From an uncultured virus (IMG/VR IMGVR_UViG_3300024289_000017) (Duplodnaviria; Heunggongvirae; Uroviricota; Caudoviricetes): a DNA stretch of 64,000 nt. The translations under genes and the position numbers were made by a program. This document shows, one piece after another, positions 9,012 through 18,563 of the stretch. Numbering within the stretch: the first letter of the stretch is position 1; each line of letters begins with the position of its first letter. The notes under the pieces were generated by a model, which worked only from the letters and a program-made list of their open reading frames with translations, did no database searches and was not told the DNA's origin. The stretch lies in the IMG/VR virus record IMGVR_UViG_3300024289_000017; one strand, written 5' to 3'.

Positions 9012-9683
9012 TTAATCGAAGATTCTTCCCCATCCATCGTTGCCTCCTGGACACCAACGGTGCTTAAGAACTGCTTTAGTATAAATGGTTTTCTTTCCGT
9101 TAGTTACAGGACCAGTGTAATTATCATTTAGTGATCCATATGGGTCATTAACATAGTACCCTTTTCCATCTGGTGTCTTGCCGATTACAACACACATGTG
9201 CCCACCAGTAGGTGCAGAAAGAGAACCCCTATGGAGTATGCCAATAACAACGGGCTTCCCAGCGTCCAGACTTTTATCGATATCAGCAAAAGATAAATTG
9301 TAACTAAAGTGTGACTTAACACCATAACCTGCCAGAACCTTCGTCTGTACGGCATGGTCCGTTGTATCACCAATTGCGAATACTTTCTTAACATATTCAT
9401 CGTCGCCTTTGATACTGCCTGGCTTGAGGAAAGCAAGGCACATAGCACACGATGAAGAGTTGCAAGTTCTATGTGCATCTCTGTAGTTGTCTACTTGGTT
9501 GAAGTATGGAACTGCTAGAACTGCTGGTGTAGGGGGCTTAGTTCTAAAAATTCCAATCCAATCAGTTTCCGCATCATCTAAAAACTGAGAGGGAAGATTA
9601 TCTTCTAACCACTGGACCGCTGCAACATGATTTGAATTGCTATCATCATAAAACTTAAAAAAGTTATGAAGATCTAGGGTCAT
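9012..9683 (-). CDS. Peptidase C39-like protein with the same N-terminal module as the lysozyme
   Basis: VPYFNQ...CNSSSCAM, GHMCVVIG, YYVNDPYG (Cys-His-Asp papain-like triad). Confidence 0.85.
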   Translation of the reverse strand: MTLDLHNFFKFYDDSNSNHVAAVQWLEDNLPSQFLDDAETDWIGIFRTKPPTPAVLAVPYFNQVDNYRDAHRTCNSSSCAMCLAFLKPGSIKGDDEYVKKVFAIGDTTDHAVQTKVLAGYGVKSHFSYNLSFADIDKSLDAGKPVVIGILHRGSLSAPTGGHMCVVIGKTPDGKGYYVNDPYGSLNDNYTGPVTNGKKTIYTKAVLKHRWCPGGNDGWGRIFD

Positions 9684-9707
9684 GGATTATCTCTATAAAC
9701 ACTGAGA

Positions 9708-9741
9708 ATATTTATAAAAAAAGCGCCCCTTTGGGCGCTTT
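9708..9741 (-). terminator. Intrinsic terminator followed by late promoter TATAAATA
   Basis: aaagcgcccc-ttt-gggcgcttt hairpin with A-run; tatttata immediately to its left. Confidence 0.7.
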
Positions 9742-9749
9742 GATTATTT

Positions 9750-10277
9750 TCAAGCAGTAACAGTTTCTCGAACCGTAGATTTCACATAATCAAGAACCAC
9801 TTCTGGAGTAGTCGCTTCGTAAGGGTCGGTTTCTGCATTATCCCGCTGCCCATCCTCAACGAATAGTTTTTCGATGATTCCGTTATCCACGACTGCAGCA
9901 TAACGCCAAGAGCGATCACCGAAACCAAGGTTAGACTTAGTGACAAGCATTCCCATAGAGCGTGTGAAATATGCATTGCCGTCTGGAATGAGTTTTACAT
10001 TCTTGATGTTCTGATCTTGTGCCCAAGCATTCATCACAAACCCATCATTAACAGAGATGCAGTAAATAGCGTCGATGCCACTACCAACAAAGTCGTCGTA
10101 TTTCTCTTCGAATCCAGGTAGCTGATAGGCACTGCAAGTAGGAGTGAAAGCACCAGGCAGACTAAACAGGACCACACGCTTTCCATCGAAAAGTTCTGCA
10201 GTTGTACGATTTACAAACTCTCCGTTCTCACGAAATACAAATTCAACTTGAGGAACTTGATATTGTTCTTTACGCAT
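9750..10277 (-). CDS. Peroxiredoxin (type II / Prx5-like)
   Basis: LFSLPGAFTPTCS, CISVNDGFVMNAW, RSWRYAAVV; start MRKEQY at 10277 with GGAGG RBS. Confidence 0.92.
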   Translation of the reverse strand: MRKEQYQVPQVEFVFRENGEFVNRTTAELFDGKRVVLFSLPGAFTPTCSAYQLPGFEEKYDDFVGSGIDAIYCISVNDGFVMNAWAQDQNIKNVKLIPDGNAYFTRSMGMLVTKSNLGFGDRSWRYAAVVDNGIIEKLFVEDGQRDNAETDPYEATTPEVVLDYVKSTVRETVTA

Positions 10278-10288
10278 TTTAACCTCCA

Positions 10289-10396
10289 TCACCATACACC
10301 AGGAATGATTTGACCAGTAAGGGTATAAGAACCCATTGCGGCAACAATACCAATCATTGCTGCCCAACCATTAATGCGTTCTGCGCGTTCGTTCAT
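10289..10396 (-). CDS. hli: High-light inducible protein (35 aa)
   Basis: [35 protein letters not shown]: ExxNG..AM chlorophyll-binding motif and TGQIIPG; missed by ORF track. Confidence 0.92.
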   Translation of the reverse strand: MNERAERINGWAAMIGIVAAMGSYTLTGQIIPGVW

Positions 10397-10671
10397 TGTT
10401 TTTCTCCTTGATAAGAATGTTTTTGTTTAAGTTCAGGATTTGGTTGTGAAGGAACAACTGGGTTCCTTGATTTGTTTTTAATGACGATGAAAGCATCGTT
10501 TTGGTAAGATACAGTTCCAAATGGTTTTGCCCATTTTGGATTTGCATCTGGACTAGTAGGAGTTCCTGTGACTGCTACACCACCAATTTCAACTGAGATA
10601 TCATCATCTTTATCCCATCCAAGTGTTTCAAGAGCAATAGCAAATTGCCCTAGCATACCAGCAGTACTCAC
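10393..10671 (-). CDS. Hypothetical protein
   Basis: 92-aa ORF overlapping petF stop and hli start. Confidence 0.65.
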   Translation of the reverse strand: MSTAGMLGQFAIALETLGWDKDDDISVEIGGVAVTGTPTSPDANPKWAKPFGTVSYQNDAFIVIKNKSRNPVVPSQPNPELKQKHSYQGEKQ

Positions 10672-10961
10672 AGATTTTCTTCCTGTTCAGTAAGGATCAC
10701 ACAATCACTTGTGGGATAAGCAACGCAAGTGAGAACCCAACCTTCTGCTTGTTGATCATCATCAAGGAACGATTGTTCTTCGTTGTCAACGGTGCCAGAG
10801 ATGAGTTTTCCAGCGCAGGCACTACAAGCACCTGCTTTACACGATGAAGGGAGGTCAACACCTGCCTCTTCTGCTGCTTCAAGAATGTACTGGTCATCAG
10901 CACATTCAATAGTGGTTTCTGTGCCATCAGGGGATTGGAGAGTGACATTAAAAACGGTCAT
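10668..10961 (-). CDS. petF: Plant-type [2Fe-2S] ferredoxin
   Basis: [16 protein letters not shown]...[12 protein letters not shown]. Confidence 0.95.
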   Translation of the reverse strand: MTVFNVTLQSPDGTETTIECADDQYILEAAEEAGVDLPSSCKAGACSACAGKLISGTVDNEEQSFLDDDQQAEGWVLTCVAYPTSDCVILTEQEENL

Positions 10962-11047
10962 TAGTAAGTCTCGCAAATTTTTTCAACAGATGCTGCCAGT
11001 AATACAAAAAAGGCAACGGATGTTATTGTAAAGATAGTTGAAGTCAT
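10961..11047 (-). CDS. Small single-TM peptide (28 aa)
   Basis: [33 protein letters not shown] coupling to petF. Confidence 0.5.
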   Translation of the reverse strand: MTSTIFTITSVAFFVLLAASVEKICETY

Positions 11048-11056
11048 TGTCAACCC

Positions 11057-11266
11057 TCAGAAGATTCCGAAGAAGAGGTGCCCAGTGAGAGCATAAGAAA
11101 TAGCGCCAGCAACAATGCCGACCATAGCCCAGCGTCCATTCATTTTCTCCGCTTTCTCTGCATAAGGTTCGATACCATAACGCTCAAGGGCTTCTTTGGT
11201 CATATACATCGCGGGTTCTTTGGCAAACATATTCATTTGCCCAAACTCGTTTTTTGTTACGGTCAT
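11057..11266 (-). CDS. hli: High-light inducible protein
   Basis: MNMFAKEP...AEKMNGRWAMVGIVAG...TGHLFFGIF. Confidence 0.92.
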   Translation of the reverse strand: MTVTKNEFGQMNMFAKEPAMYMTKEALERYGIEPYAEKAEKMNGRWAMVGIVAGAISYALTGHLFFGIF

Positions 11267-11274
11267 TTTCGTTT

Positions 11275-11321
11275 ATTACGAATTGTTACACAATTATATA
11301 GCAAAAATAAAGGGGTGTCAA
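11275..11321 (-). promoter_or_regulatory. sigma70-type promoter (TTGACA-17-TATAAT) with adjacent HLR1-like (RpaB) direct repeat
   Basis: Minus strand ttgacacccctttatttttgctatataat; plus strand ATTACGAA-TT-GTTACACA at 11275-11292. Confidence 0.65.
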
Positions 11322-11361
11322 GCACCCCTGGTAGTCATTTATACTTAGTTTTGTTAGGAAA

Positions 11362-11808
11362 TCAGAACTTCCAAGCAAGTCCAACAGTAGGAACAACGGA
11401 AGTACCATCAGTCAGAGCAACTTTCACATCAGCAAACACAACTGCATGTTCCGCAAGTTGAGTTTCAGCACCTGCTTGAATATAACCAACTGTATCATTA
11501 TCAAAGGTAAGAATACCAGCATCACCAAAAGCAGCACCACCACCCAGATAAACATTGGTGTTTTCTGCAACAGCGAGATCGTAGGTTGCGCCAATGGCAC
11601 CTTCAACCTCGCTATTAATAGTCACTTGAGGACGGACAGAAAGAGGGAGATTACCTGCCTCTACACGACCAACAATAGTTGCTGCAGCACCTTGACCATC
11701 AGTGCCTACGGCAATACCAGGACCAACATAGGAACCTTCAAGACCACCAGCAAGTGCTGAACCACCAGCAAAAACAGCAGTAGTAGTAGCAAGAATAATA
11801 GATTTCAT
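11362..11808 (-). CDS. Small outer-membrane beta-barrel protein
   Basis: Signal peptide, alternating amphipathic strands, C-terminal GLAWKF beta-signal. Confidence 0.75.
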   Translation of the reverse strand: MKSIILATTTAVFAGGSALAGGLEGSYVGPGIAVGTDGQGAAATIVGRVEAGNLPLSVRPQVTINSEVEGAIGATYDLAVAENTNVYLGGGAAFGDAGILTFDNDTVGYIQAGAETQLAEHAVVFADVKVALTDGTSVVPTVGLAWKF

Positions 11809-11887
11809 AGTTTGTTCAACCCATTTTAAAGTTTACTAGTCTCATTGTGCGAGACTTGATACATTTTACATTTGCTTCGGGATCATG

Positions 11888-12688
11888 TCAAGTATTTTGT
11901 TGTGCAACAGAGTTTTCGGTTATTCGACCCAAATATGGATCATAATTCATATATTCTCGAATATCAACATCTGCACCAGATTGTTGCCACCAGTTTAGCA
12001 ATGCATCATGAGGACCTTTATGAAAAATATTAAGATGATCTGTATGGATTGTAGATCCCATATCCAAGTTATACAAGAATAGAGGAATTGTATATGTTTT
12101 ACCGGTTTCCAAAATTGTATCTTCAGAAACTGCTCTTGGTTTTACACCATTATCAAGTTTATATTTACTACCGCGAATATGATGCTTCATAAGTTTTGCA
12201 GCATGATGTCTACTGATTAAGTAAATTGCTGCGGAAAAATCATTAATAAATTTCAAGTGCAATTTTACATGAATATCTCCAGTACAAATTGTAGTTAATT
12301 GCACGCAATCCCAATCATATGGAAGAAGTGAGAAAAATTCTGTCCAAGTAAAATTCCAATATCTGGCAATATCAAGATTTACATCATCTTCTAAAATTAA
12401 ACAATATTCATCATTTGTATTTTCATAAAAATGTCGAATTGCTTTGAGATGAGACATACAACATCCCAACTCATTCTGAGATACATTATCAGGAATTCTT
12501 CCTTTTAAATGGGAAGATACATCATCAACCCTACCATCATAACCGGAAATGCGTGTATGATTTTCGATTTCCCAATACTTAAATTGATTTTCCATATACT
12601 CACGACGATGAGTATCTGCATCTAAATTTAACCAATAGATGTTAGGAAGATCTTTAAGTTTAAATACTGATTTGTTCTTATCCATCAC
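11888..12688 (-). CDS. Glycosyltransferase family 25
   Basis: YWLNLD...RREYM, ELGCCMSH, LILEDD. Confidence 0.88.
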   Translation of the reverse strand: MMDKNKSVFKLKDLPNIYWLNLDADTHRREYMENQFKYWEIENHTRISGYDGRVDDVSSHLKGRIPDNVSQNELGCCMSHLKAIRHFYENTNDEYCLILEDDVNLDIARYWNFTWTEFFSLLPYDWDCVQLTTICTGDIHVKLHLKFINDFSAAIYLISRHHAAKLMKHHIRGSKYKLDNGVKPRAVSEDTILETGKTYTIPLFLYNLDMGSTIHTDHLNIFHKGPHDALLNWWQQSGADVDIREYMNYDPYLGRITENSVAQQNT

Positions 12689-14232
12689 TGAAAATACTTG
12701 ACAATGTTTTCTCTATTTCCTTTAATATAACCGATACATTCTTTTAAATCATCTGGAAGATTATTCCATAAATTTGCCATTTCTTGTCCAGCTTCATCTT
12801 TGTTATAATTTGTTCCTTGTGCATGTTGGATTTGATGATCATAATCTCTGATCACTGGTCTCTTCATAATAAAAGAAATTGCATTCATTACAAGATCCCA
12901 ACCCCACCCCATTTTCATAGTCTCGGGAGTCATAATCTTTAAAAGATCTCTCTTGTAAAAATCACCAATCACATCTTTATGAATAAACCATACTGTTTCA
13001 TCAGTACACGCAACCATTTTAATATTAGAATCTTCAGATTCTAATCCTTCAATATCAGTCTGATCTGGAGTGTACCAAATGTTAGTTACATCCGGAGCAT
13101 AAACTCCCCATTCATATAGATTATAATACTTTCTTGCATCATCAACAAGTTGTTTCCAATTAGTATATTGAGTATCTCCTTGGATATGAAGTAAAACTTT
13201 TTTATCATCTTTAAAGAGTTCCAGTGCTTTAGTAAATTGAGATGTAAAATAAGCAGAGTCTCCAAGATTAACCCAACCTTCTCTAGTATTATTATCATCA
13301 CTATTGATAACAGTAACATCATCAAATACTTCTTTCAGTGCATCTTCAATGGCACAAGTTTTTTCAAACTGACGATTCCAATTAAAAATGAATGGTTGAA
13401 TATCCTTTACTCTAATTTGAGGAAATCTTTCCAAGTAACCTCTACCATTAAGATCCGCATGATCTCCATGATCATTGCTAGTATTTAAATCCTGATAAAG
13501 AATCTCAACATAAGGATTTAAAATACGCGCATAGTTTGTAATGTTTGAAGACTTACCAATAATTGTTTTACACATTGACAAGGTAGTTGCATCAATCAAA
13601 ACTTCATCACCAGCAAGAATTCTTTCGGCACTATTAGGTTCTGCTTGAATAGAATAATGAAGACCAGCAGTACTCATCGTGCGTTGATGATCATAATGAT
13701 GAATTGTGATATCTAGGAAATAATTTTTAAATTCGTCAATTACATTACTTTGATCTGTCGTAAGAAATATACAATCATATCCACCAGAATTAAACTCTTC
13801 TTTGGCTACCTTTAAGTATTTTTCAATAGCAACAAATTCAGTATGACCAACTCCATCAGTTCCACGATAGTGAACACCCAAAGCATTTTTATATTTTTCT
13901 TTAGCAATACTATCAATTTTTGCTTGCATTCTTTCATTATAAGGCAAGTACTTGCGGTACTTATCCAAATCAAAGTCCCTAAAAGATGCCCAAGGATAGT
14001 CACAATCCCATCCATCTTGAGAATTAAACGCTTTATTGGCATCATCAGATACACGAGAGGAATCAAACCAATGATCTGGAGTTCCATACAACATAAACAT
14101 TGATGGAGAAACGCAGACTTGATTAAGATCAACTCCTTTATTCTCAAGTGTTCTAAAACTTGTCAAAATAGTAAGATAGTTTGAGAGAAATCCGCGATGC
14201 ATTCCCTCAACTAACTTAATCTCAAAACTCAT
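12685..14232 (-). CDS. Fusion: NodZ/O-fucosyltransferase-like domain plus second glycosyltransferase-like domain
   Basis: GVHYRGTD, IFLTTDQ, VLIDATTLSMC..IIGKSSNI; C-terminal half with IFNWNRQ and GWGWD. Confidence 0.7.
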   Translation of the reverse strand: MSFEIKLVEGMHRGFLSNYLTILTSFRTLENKGVDLNQVCVSPSMFMLYGTPDHWFDSSRVSDDANKAFNSQDGWDCDYPWASFRDFDLDKYRKYLPYNERMQAKIDSIAKEKYKNALGVHYRGTDGVGHTEFVAIEKYLKVAKEEFNSGGYDCIFLTTDQSNVIDEFKNYFLDITIHHYDHQRTMSTAGLHYSIQAEPNSAERILAGDEVLIDATTLSMCKTIIGKSSNITNYARILNPYVEILYQDLNTSNDHGDHADLNGRGYLERFPQIRVKDIQPFIFNWNRQFEKTCAIEDALKEVFDDVTVINSDDNNTREGWVNLGDSAYFTSQFTKALELFKDDKKVLLHIQGDTQYTNWKQLVDDARKYYNLYEWGVYAPDVTNIWYTPDQTDIEGLESEDSNIKMVACTDETVWFIHKDVIGDFYKRDLLKIMTPETMKMGWGWDLVMNAISFIMKRPVIRDYDHQIQHAQGTNYNKDEAGQEMANLWNNLPDDLKECIGYIKGNRENIVKYFQ

Positions 14233-14233
14233 T

Positions 14234-14590
14234 TCAATCTCCTTTAATTACACGATAACTATCTTCATCAAAATGTTGCGTTGAAAATTCAAAAAGTTCA
14301 GTATCTTCAAGAGCAATCATTTGATGTCTTAATCCACGATAAACATGAAACTTATCTCCTTTATTCAGGGTCAGTTCATGTGCTAAAGCAATATCATCTT
14401 CATCATAATATTTTAACAAAATTTTTCCAGATTGTAAATAGAAAACTTCATCTTTCAATTTATGAAAATGCCAGGAGCATCTTTTACCCTTAACAAAATA
14501 TAAAAGTTTTCCACAGTACTCTTCTGAATTGACAATCCATTTTTCAAATCCCCATCCTTTAGGGACAAATTTAATTTCCGAAGAACTCAT
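14234..14590 (-). CDS. Cupin-domain sugar isomerase-like protein
   Basis: VPKGWG.E, CSWHFHKLKDEVF, GLRHQM, FEFST. Confidence 0.8.
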   Translation of the reverse strand: MSSSEIKFVPKGWGFEKWIVNSEEYCGKLLYFVKGKRCSWHFHKLKDEVFYLQSGKILLKYYDEDDIALAHELTLNKGDKFHVYRGLRHQMIALEDTELFEFSTQHFDEDSYRVIKGD

Positions 14591-14894
14591 TTGCGTTAAT
14601 TCCTTTGTCATCTATGTAGACATCACCAGCAGGTTTACCCATAAACAATTTGTGATATTTACAACCCCATTCTTTAAGTTGTAACTCTGTTATATATCTC
14701 AAATCTGACTCTGCTAGTTGTGCATTATTATCATATCTACCCATACCTCGTGCAGTAAGATAAACAATGTAATGTCCTTCATCATAAAGTTGATTGATTA
14801 CTTTTATCCTATCTCTTTTTGGTGTAGATGATGAATAACTATCGCCATCAGATTTATCACAAATAGTTCCATCAATGTCAACAACGTATTTCAT
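14571..14894 (-). CDS. HAD-superfamily phosphatase (capsule-biosynthesis type)
   Basis: VVDIDGTIC, YLTARG, GKPAGDVYIDDK. Confidence 0.85.
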   Translation of the reverse strand: MKYVVDIDGTICDKSDGDSYSSSTPKRDRIKVINQLYDEGHYIVYLTARGMGRYDNNAQLAESDLRYITELQLKEWGCKYHKLFMGKPAGDVYIDDKGINANEFFGN

Positions 14895-15627
14895 TAATGT
14901 CATCTCCACTTAAAACATAAGTCCCAAAGTTTTGAACTGCTATTGCAGCTGCCTTGTTAGCGTAAGGTATTGCTTTTTCTATCGTACCACACTCTAGGTA
15001 AAAGTAAACTAGTGCAGATAAAAAGGTGTCTCCCGCGCCACAAACATCAAATACACTTACTTTTTCTCCAGGGTAAGTTATACCATCATATTCTGCTCCA
15101 CCAGAACCTCTAGTAATGATAATGTTGTCATGTTTACTTTTTAAGAGTTTCGATTCATTATCATTAATCTTAATAAAACAATTTGACTCTGGGAGAATTG
15201 TCTTTTTACTATCAACAAAAACAGGAATTCTAGAGTTAAAAACTACTTCAAATAATTTTTGTTGAGTAATAAATCCTTTGTCATAATCAGAAATAACCAA
15301 TGCATCATATTTTTCATTTGGTATTTCATATTCCATTGGAGATAAAGGATCCTCAATATCTACGCGAAGAATTTGATGATTATATTTTTCATCAATATAT
15401 CTTGTTTTATAAATTTTTTCTTTATTGGTTAGCATATAAACTTCCATACCGAATGCTTGGAGATTATCTCTAACATTCCACGCCATCCCATTCTTACTTT
15501 CTTTTCTATGAAACTTAAGAATTGGCACTGGTGCTTCTGGATTTAATCTTTCACAAGTTCCATAGACATATTCATCGACGCAACTATCTCCGATTAATAA
15601 TATCTTGTATGGTTTTTGTTGTGGCAT
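14878..15627 (-). CDS. PfkB-family sugar kinase, HldE/RfaE domain I-like
   Basis: IGDSCVDEY...RLNPEAPVP, SDYDKG, DVCGAGDTF. Confidence 0.88.
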   Translation of the reverse strand: MPQQKPYKILLIGDSCVDEYVYGTCERLNPEAPVPILKFHRKESKNGMAWNVRDNLQAFGMEVYMLTNKEKIYKTRYIDEKYNHQILRVDIEDPLSPMEYEIPNEKYDALVISDYDKGFITQQKLFEVVFNSRIPVFVDSKKTILPESNCFIKINDNESKLLKSKHDNIIITRGSGGAEYDGITYPGEKVSVFDVCGAGDTFLSALVYFYLECGTIEKAIPYANKAAAIAVQNFGTYVLSGDDINEIRC

Positions 15628-15982
15628 AATCTCCTATCCTATCAAAGAATATTAATTCAGCAGCATAATAAGAACCTATTACAGACTTACCTTTCCAGTC
15701 AGAACCAACAACCATTATATCAGGTTTAAAGGATTTTACCAAACCCTCAAGTTCTTCATCGCTAGAAAACAGTTTTACCTCATCCACTGCCTTTAGATTT
15801 TCTAGAAAAAATTTCCTTTCATCTTGATTATGTATGGGTCTTGTTGAACCCTTCTTTTCTTTTACTCTTTCATCAGTATCAATACCAACACACAAATAAT
15901 CACCAAGACTTTTTGCATAATTCAAAAGTTCAAGGTGACCTCTATGTAGAATATCAAATGTTCCGTTTACAAAAATGTTCAT
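15584..15982 (-). CDS. Nucleotidyltransferase, HldE/RfaE domain II-like
   Basis: NGTFDILHRGH, KGSTRPI, VVGSDW, YATTKTI. Confidence 0.88.
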   Translation of the reverse strand: MNIFVNGTFDILHRGHLELLNYAKSLGDYLCVGIDTDERVKEKKGSTRPIHNQDERKFFLENLKAVDEVKLFSSDEELEGLVKSFKPDIMVVGSDWKGKSVIGSYYAAELIFFDRIGDYATTKTIQDIINRR

Positions 15983-16775
15983 AACAGTTTTTAATCTCTT
16001 TTTCTAATCCACTAAACTTTATTCCAAAAGTTTTTAACAATTCACCAGAACCACAATACGACTTGTCCATCCCTTCTTCCAAAACAGTTACGGGAACTTT
16101 ATATTCCGATAGACTGTTTATAATCCTAGAAACATCAGACAATTTCGTTTTTGTTTCATAAACTAAATTAACTTCCTTTGGTAAATCTTTTCTCAATTCA
16201 AGATATAAATCAATAACTTTTTTTGTATCTTCTATTCCAAAAAAGTCCATAAACTTATCCTTAAAAATAACAATTTCTTTCTTAAGGATATAATTTTTTA
16301 TATTCACAGAGGTAAACATATTATCTGGAGTTTCTGGTCCAAATACATTAAAGAACCTCAAGTTATAAACATGATCCAATTGACGACATCTTTGTGATAT
16401 AAGACACTTTGCAAAACCATAATAATCTTCAGGAATTATTTCTCCCACTTGATTTTCTTTTGCAAGATAAATGTCTTTTTGTCTACCAAATGCAGCACCA
16501 CTACAAAAATTAATCATTGGAACTTTTTGTGCTGCAAGGTTTTCAAACATTTTCATATTTACATAAAAATCGTCAGGAATATCCTGACGAATTCTACGAC
16601 CACCTTTAATTGCAGCGTGGAGAATAAAATCAATATTATTCTCCTTTACAAACAAATCAACCAGACCTTTATTTGTATAATCAACATCAGGATAAAAAAC
16701 ATCATGAGTTTTAAGAAGATGCGGTATGACTTCTCTCCCTAAAAATCCACGATGTCCAGTAAAAAGAATATTCAT
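15954..16775 (-). CDS. NAD-dependent epimerase/dehydratase
   Basis: TGHRGFLG, YGFAK, LRFFNVFGP. Confidence 0.85.
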   Translation of the reverse strand: MNILFTGHRGFLGREVIPHLLKTHDVFYPDVDYTNKGLVDLFVKENNIDFILHAAIKGGRRIRQDIPDDFYVNMKMFENLAAQKVPMINFCSGAAFGRQKDIYLAKENQVGEIIPEDYYGFAKCLISQRCRQLDHVYNLRFFNVFGPETPDNMFTSVNIKNYILKKEIVIFKDKFMDFFGIEDTKKVIDLYLELRKDLPKEVNLVYETKTKLSDVSRIINSLSEYKVPVTVLEEGMDKSYCGSGELLKTFGIKFSGLEKEIKNCYEHFCKRNI

Positions 16776-17242
16776 CTACTTAGGTTAATATAGGAAGGAG
16801 AAGAACCATACAGAAATTCTTTAATATTAATGTCTTCTTTATCCTTTGGTCTAAAAGTTTTTATGTTTGGAAACAAAGAAAGAACTTGTTGGTCTTCACA
16901 AGCATAGTGAGAAAATCCACAAACTCCATAGTCATCATCTCTACCACTTCCCACAAGTTTAACAGGGATATTCTCGTGGTTTACATAGTTGCGAATAAAC
17001 TCAAATGGACGATAAAGAACAAATGGAGTAATAGAGTAAACAACAGGAATAATACCTTCCATTGCCATACCAACTGCCATACCGATCATAAGTTGTTCAG
17101 AAGCACCAGGATTAATAACTCTATTCGGAAACTCTTTTCTCAAATCATCAAATAATCCATATCCAACATCACCAACCAAAAGAGAGATATTTTCATTCTC
17201 TCTCATTTCACTAGTTAGTAAATCTCTAAAAGTTCTTCTCAT
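16772..17242 (-). CDS. Transketolase-like pyrimidine-binding subunit (short)
   Basis: GDVGYG, NPGASEQLMIGMAVGMA, RPFEFIR, GFSHYA. Confidence 0.85.
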   Translation of the reverse strand: MRRTFRDLLTSEMRENENISLLVGDVGYGLFDDLRKEFPNRVINPGASEQLMIGMAVGMAMEGIIPVVYSITPFVLYRPFEFIRNYVNHENIPVKLVGSGRDDDYGVCGFSHYACEDQQVLSLFPNIKTFRPKDKEDINIKEFLYGSSPSYINLSR

Positions 17243-17862
17243 AGTGCCTCCAAAGCAGATTGATATTGTTCCTCACTAAAGTTTGTATAATGTGCATGAA
17301 GACCTTCTAAACCATAATGATTTACTGTTGTCCTTACAAAGTTTACATATGGATTAAATGCTTTAATCCTATTTTCAAGATAGTCTAAGTCAACAGCATC
17401 ATAAGCAGCCCATCCATTTGCGTTCACATAAATCTTGAGATTGTGAAGATTGTTCTCATAAGCAAAACGAAGTGCTTCCCACACAGAACCTTCTGCTGAT
17501 TCGCCATCAGAAATCATACAGTAAACATTACGATTAGGATTTGCAAGTGCTCTTCCAACAGCAACTGTAATGCCCATTCCAAGACTTCCTGTTGAGCAAT
17601 GAAGTTTTACAGTCTCATCTCTTTTTGGATGCTCTCCATATTTTTCTAGAAGTTCTTCAGCATTAAATCCAAAGTACTTTTCAAGAACAACATATAAAGA
17701 CACTACTGCGTGACCATTTGAAAGAATAAAAATATCATCTTCATTCATTTCACTATAGATCTTATCAATTAGGTCAAGACAAGAAAAGTAACTTCCTAGA
17801 TGATGAAGTTGCTTTTCATAACAGATATCAAGAAGTCTCCTAGTCAGTTTTTCATCCGTCAT
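17239..17862 (-). CDS. Transketolase-like TPP-binding subunit
   Basis: HLGS..S, FILSNGH, STGSLGMG, SDGESAEGSVWEA...VNAN. Confidence 0.85.
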   Translation of the reverse strand: MTDEKLTRRLLDICYEKQLHHLGSYFSCLDLIDKIYSEMNEDDIFILSNGHAVVSLYVVLEKYFGFNAEELLEKYGEHPKRDETVKLHCSTGSLGMGITVAVGRALANPNRNVYCMISDGESAEGSVWEALRFAYENNLHNLKIYVNANGWAAYDAVDLDYLENRIKAFNPYVNFVRTTVNHYGLEGLHAHYTNFSEEQYQSALEAL

Positions 17863-18562
17863 AACCAAGAACTCCATCATAAGTAAGTTTCATTGTCTTT
17901 TTACCAAGTGATTCAAGTCTTTCAATAACTTTATTCACATTCTCTTCCATCTTACCAACACCCTCAAAATCATGAACCTCAACATAGATTGCATCAATTT
18001 CTTTAATAGCGTCTTCGAATGATGGATCATGCACAACTACATTTTCAAATCCTTCAATGTCCATCTTTACAAAATTCACTCTCTTTTTCACAGTATTTTT
18101 AATAAAATCGGCAAGAGTTGTAGTAGGAACCATGACACTATCAGTGCCACCAGGATCAATACCATGACGAAGAAAAGAATTCATAGTCGAATTGCTACTA
18201 TTCAACTGAAACTCTTCTTCTCCATTTTTAGTATGAATAGCAACTTGATGTGGAAAAATATTTTTTACCTTAAGACTTTTTAAAATATCTCCCATAATTT
18301 CAATATGAGATGGAGTTGGTTCTACTGCATATACTTCTTTACAGATAGAACTCATATAAAGAGAAAACAATCCAATATTAGCACCAAGATCAACCATTAC
18401 AACATCTTCATTGTCCTCAAGAAATGAATAAAAACCATCCTCAAATTGATCAAGAATTGCAATTGTTTTTGAATGAGGTGTATTATGGTGCTCCAAAAAC
18501 TTTTTAGATTTGGAAAGATCATATGTTTCAAGATCTTTAATTGTTTTCAAAATAACAGACAT
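17852..18562 (-). CDS. FkbM-family methyltransferase
   Basis: VDLGANIG, AVEP, KMDIEGFE, YVEVH. Confidence 0.88.
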   Translation of the reverse strand: MSVILKTIKDLETYDLSKSKKFLEHHNTPHSKTIAILDQFEDGFYSFLEDNEDVVMVDLGANIGLFSLYMSSICKEVYAVEPTPSHIEIMGDILKSLKVKNIFPHQVAIHTKNGEEEFQLNSSNSTMNSFLRHGIDPGGTDSVMVPTTTLADFIKNTVKKRVNFVKMDIEGFENVVVHDPSFEDAIKEIDAIYVEVHDFEGVGKMEENVNKVIERLESLGKKTMKLTYDGVLGYDG

Positions 18563-18563
18563 T

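Noticed and set aside
10278..10367. N-terminal extension of peroxiredoxin in the ORF track
   Set aside because: Region is the 35-aa hli gene in another frame; the RBS supports a start at 10277
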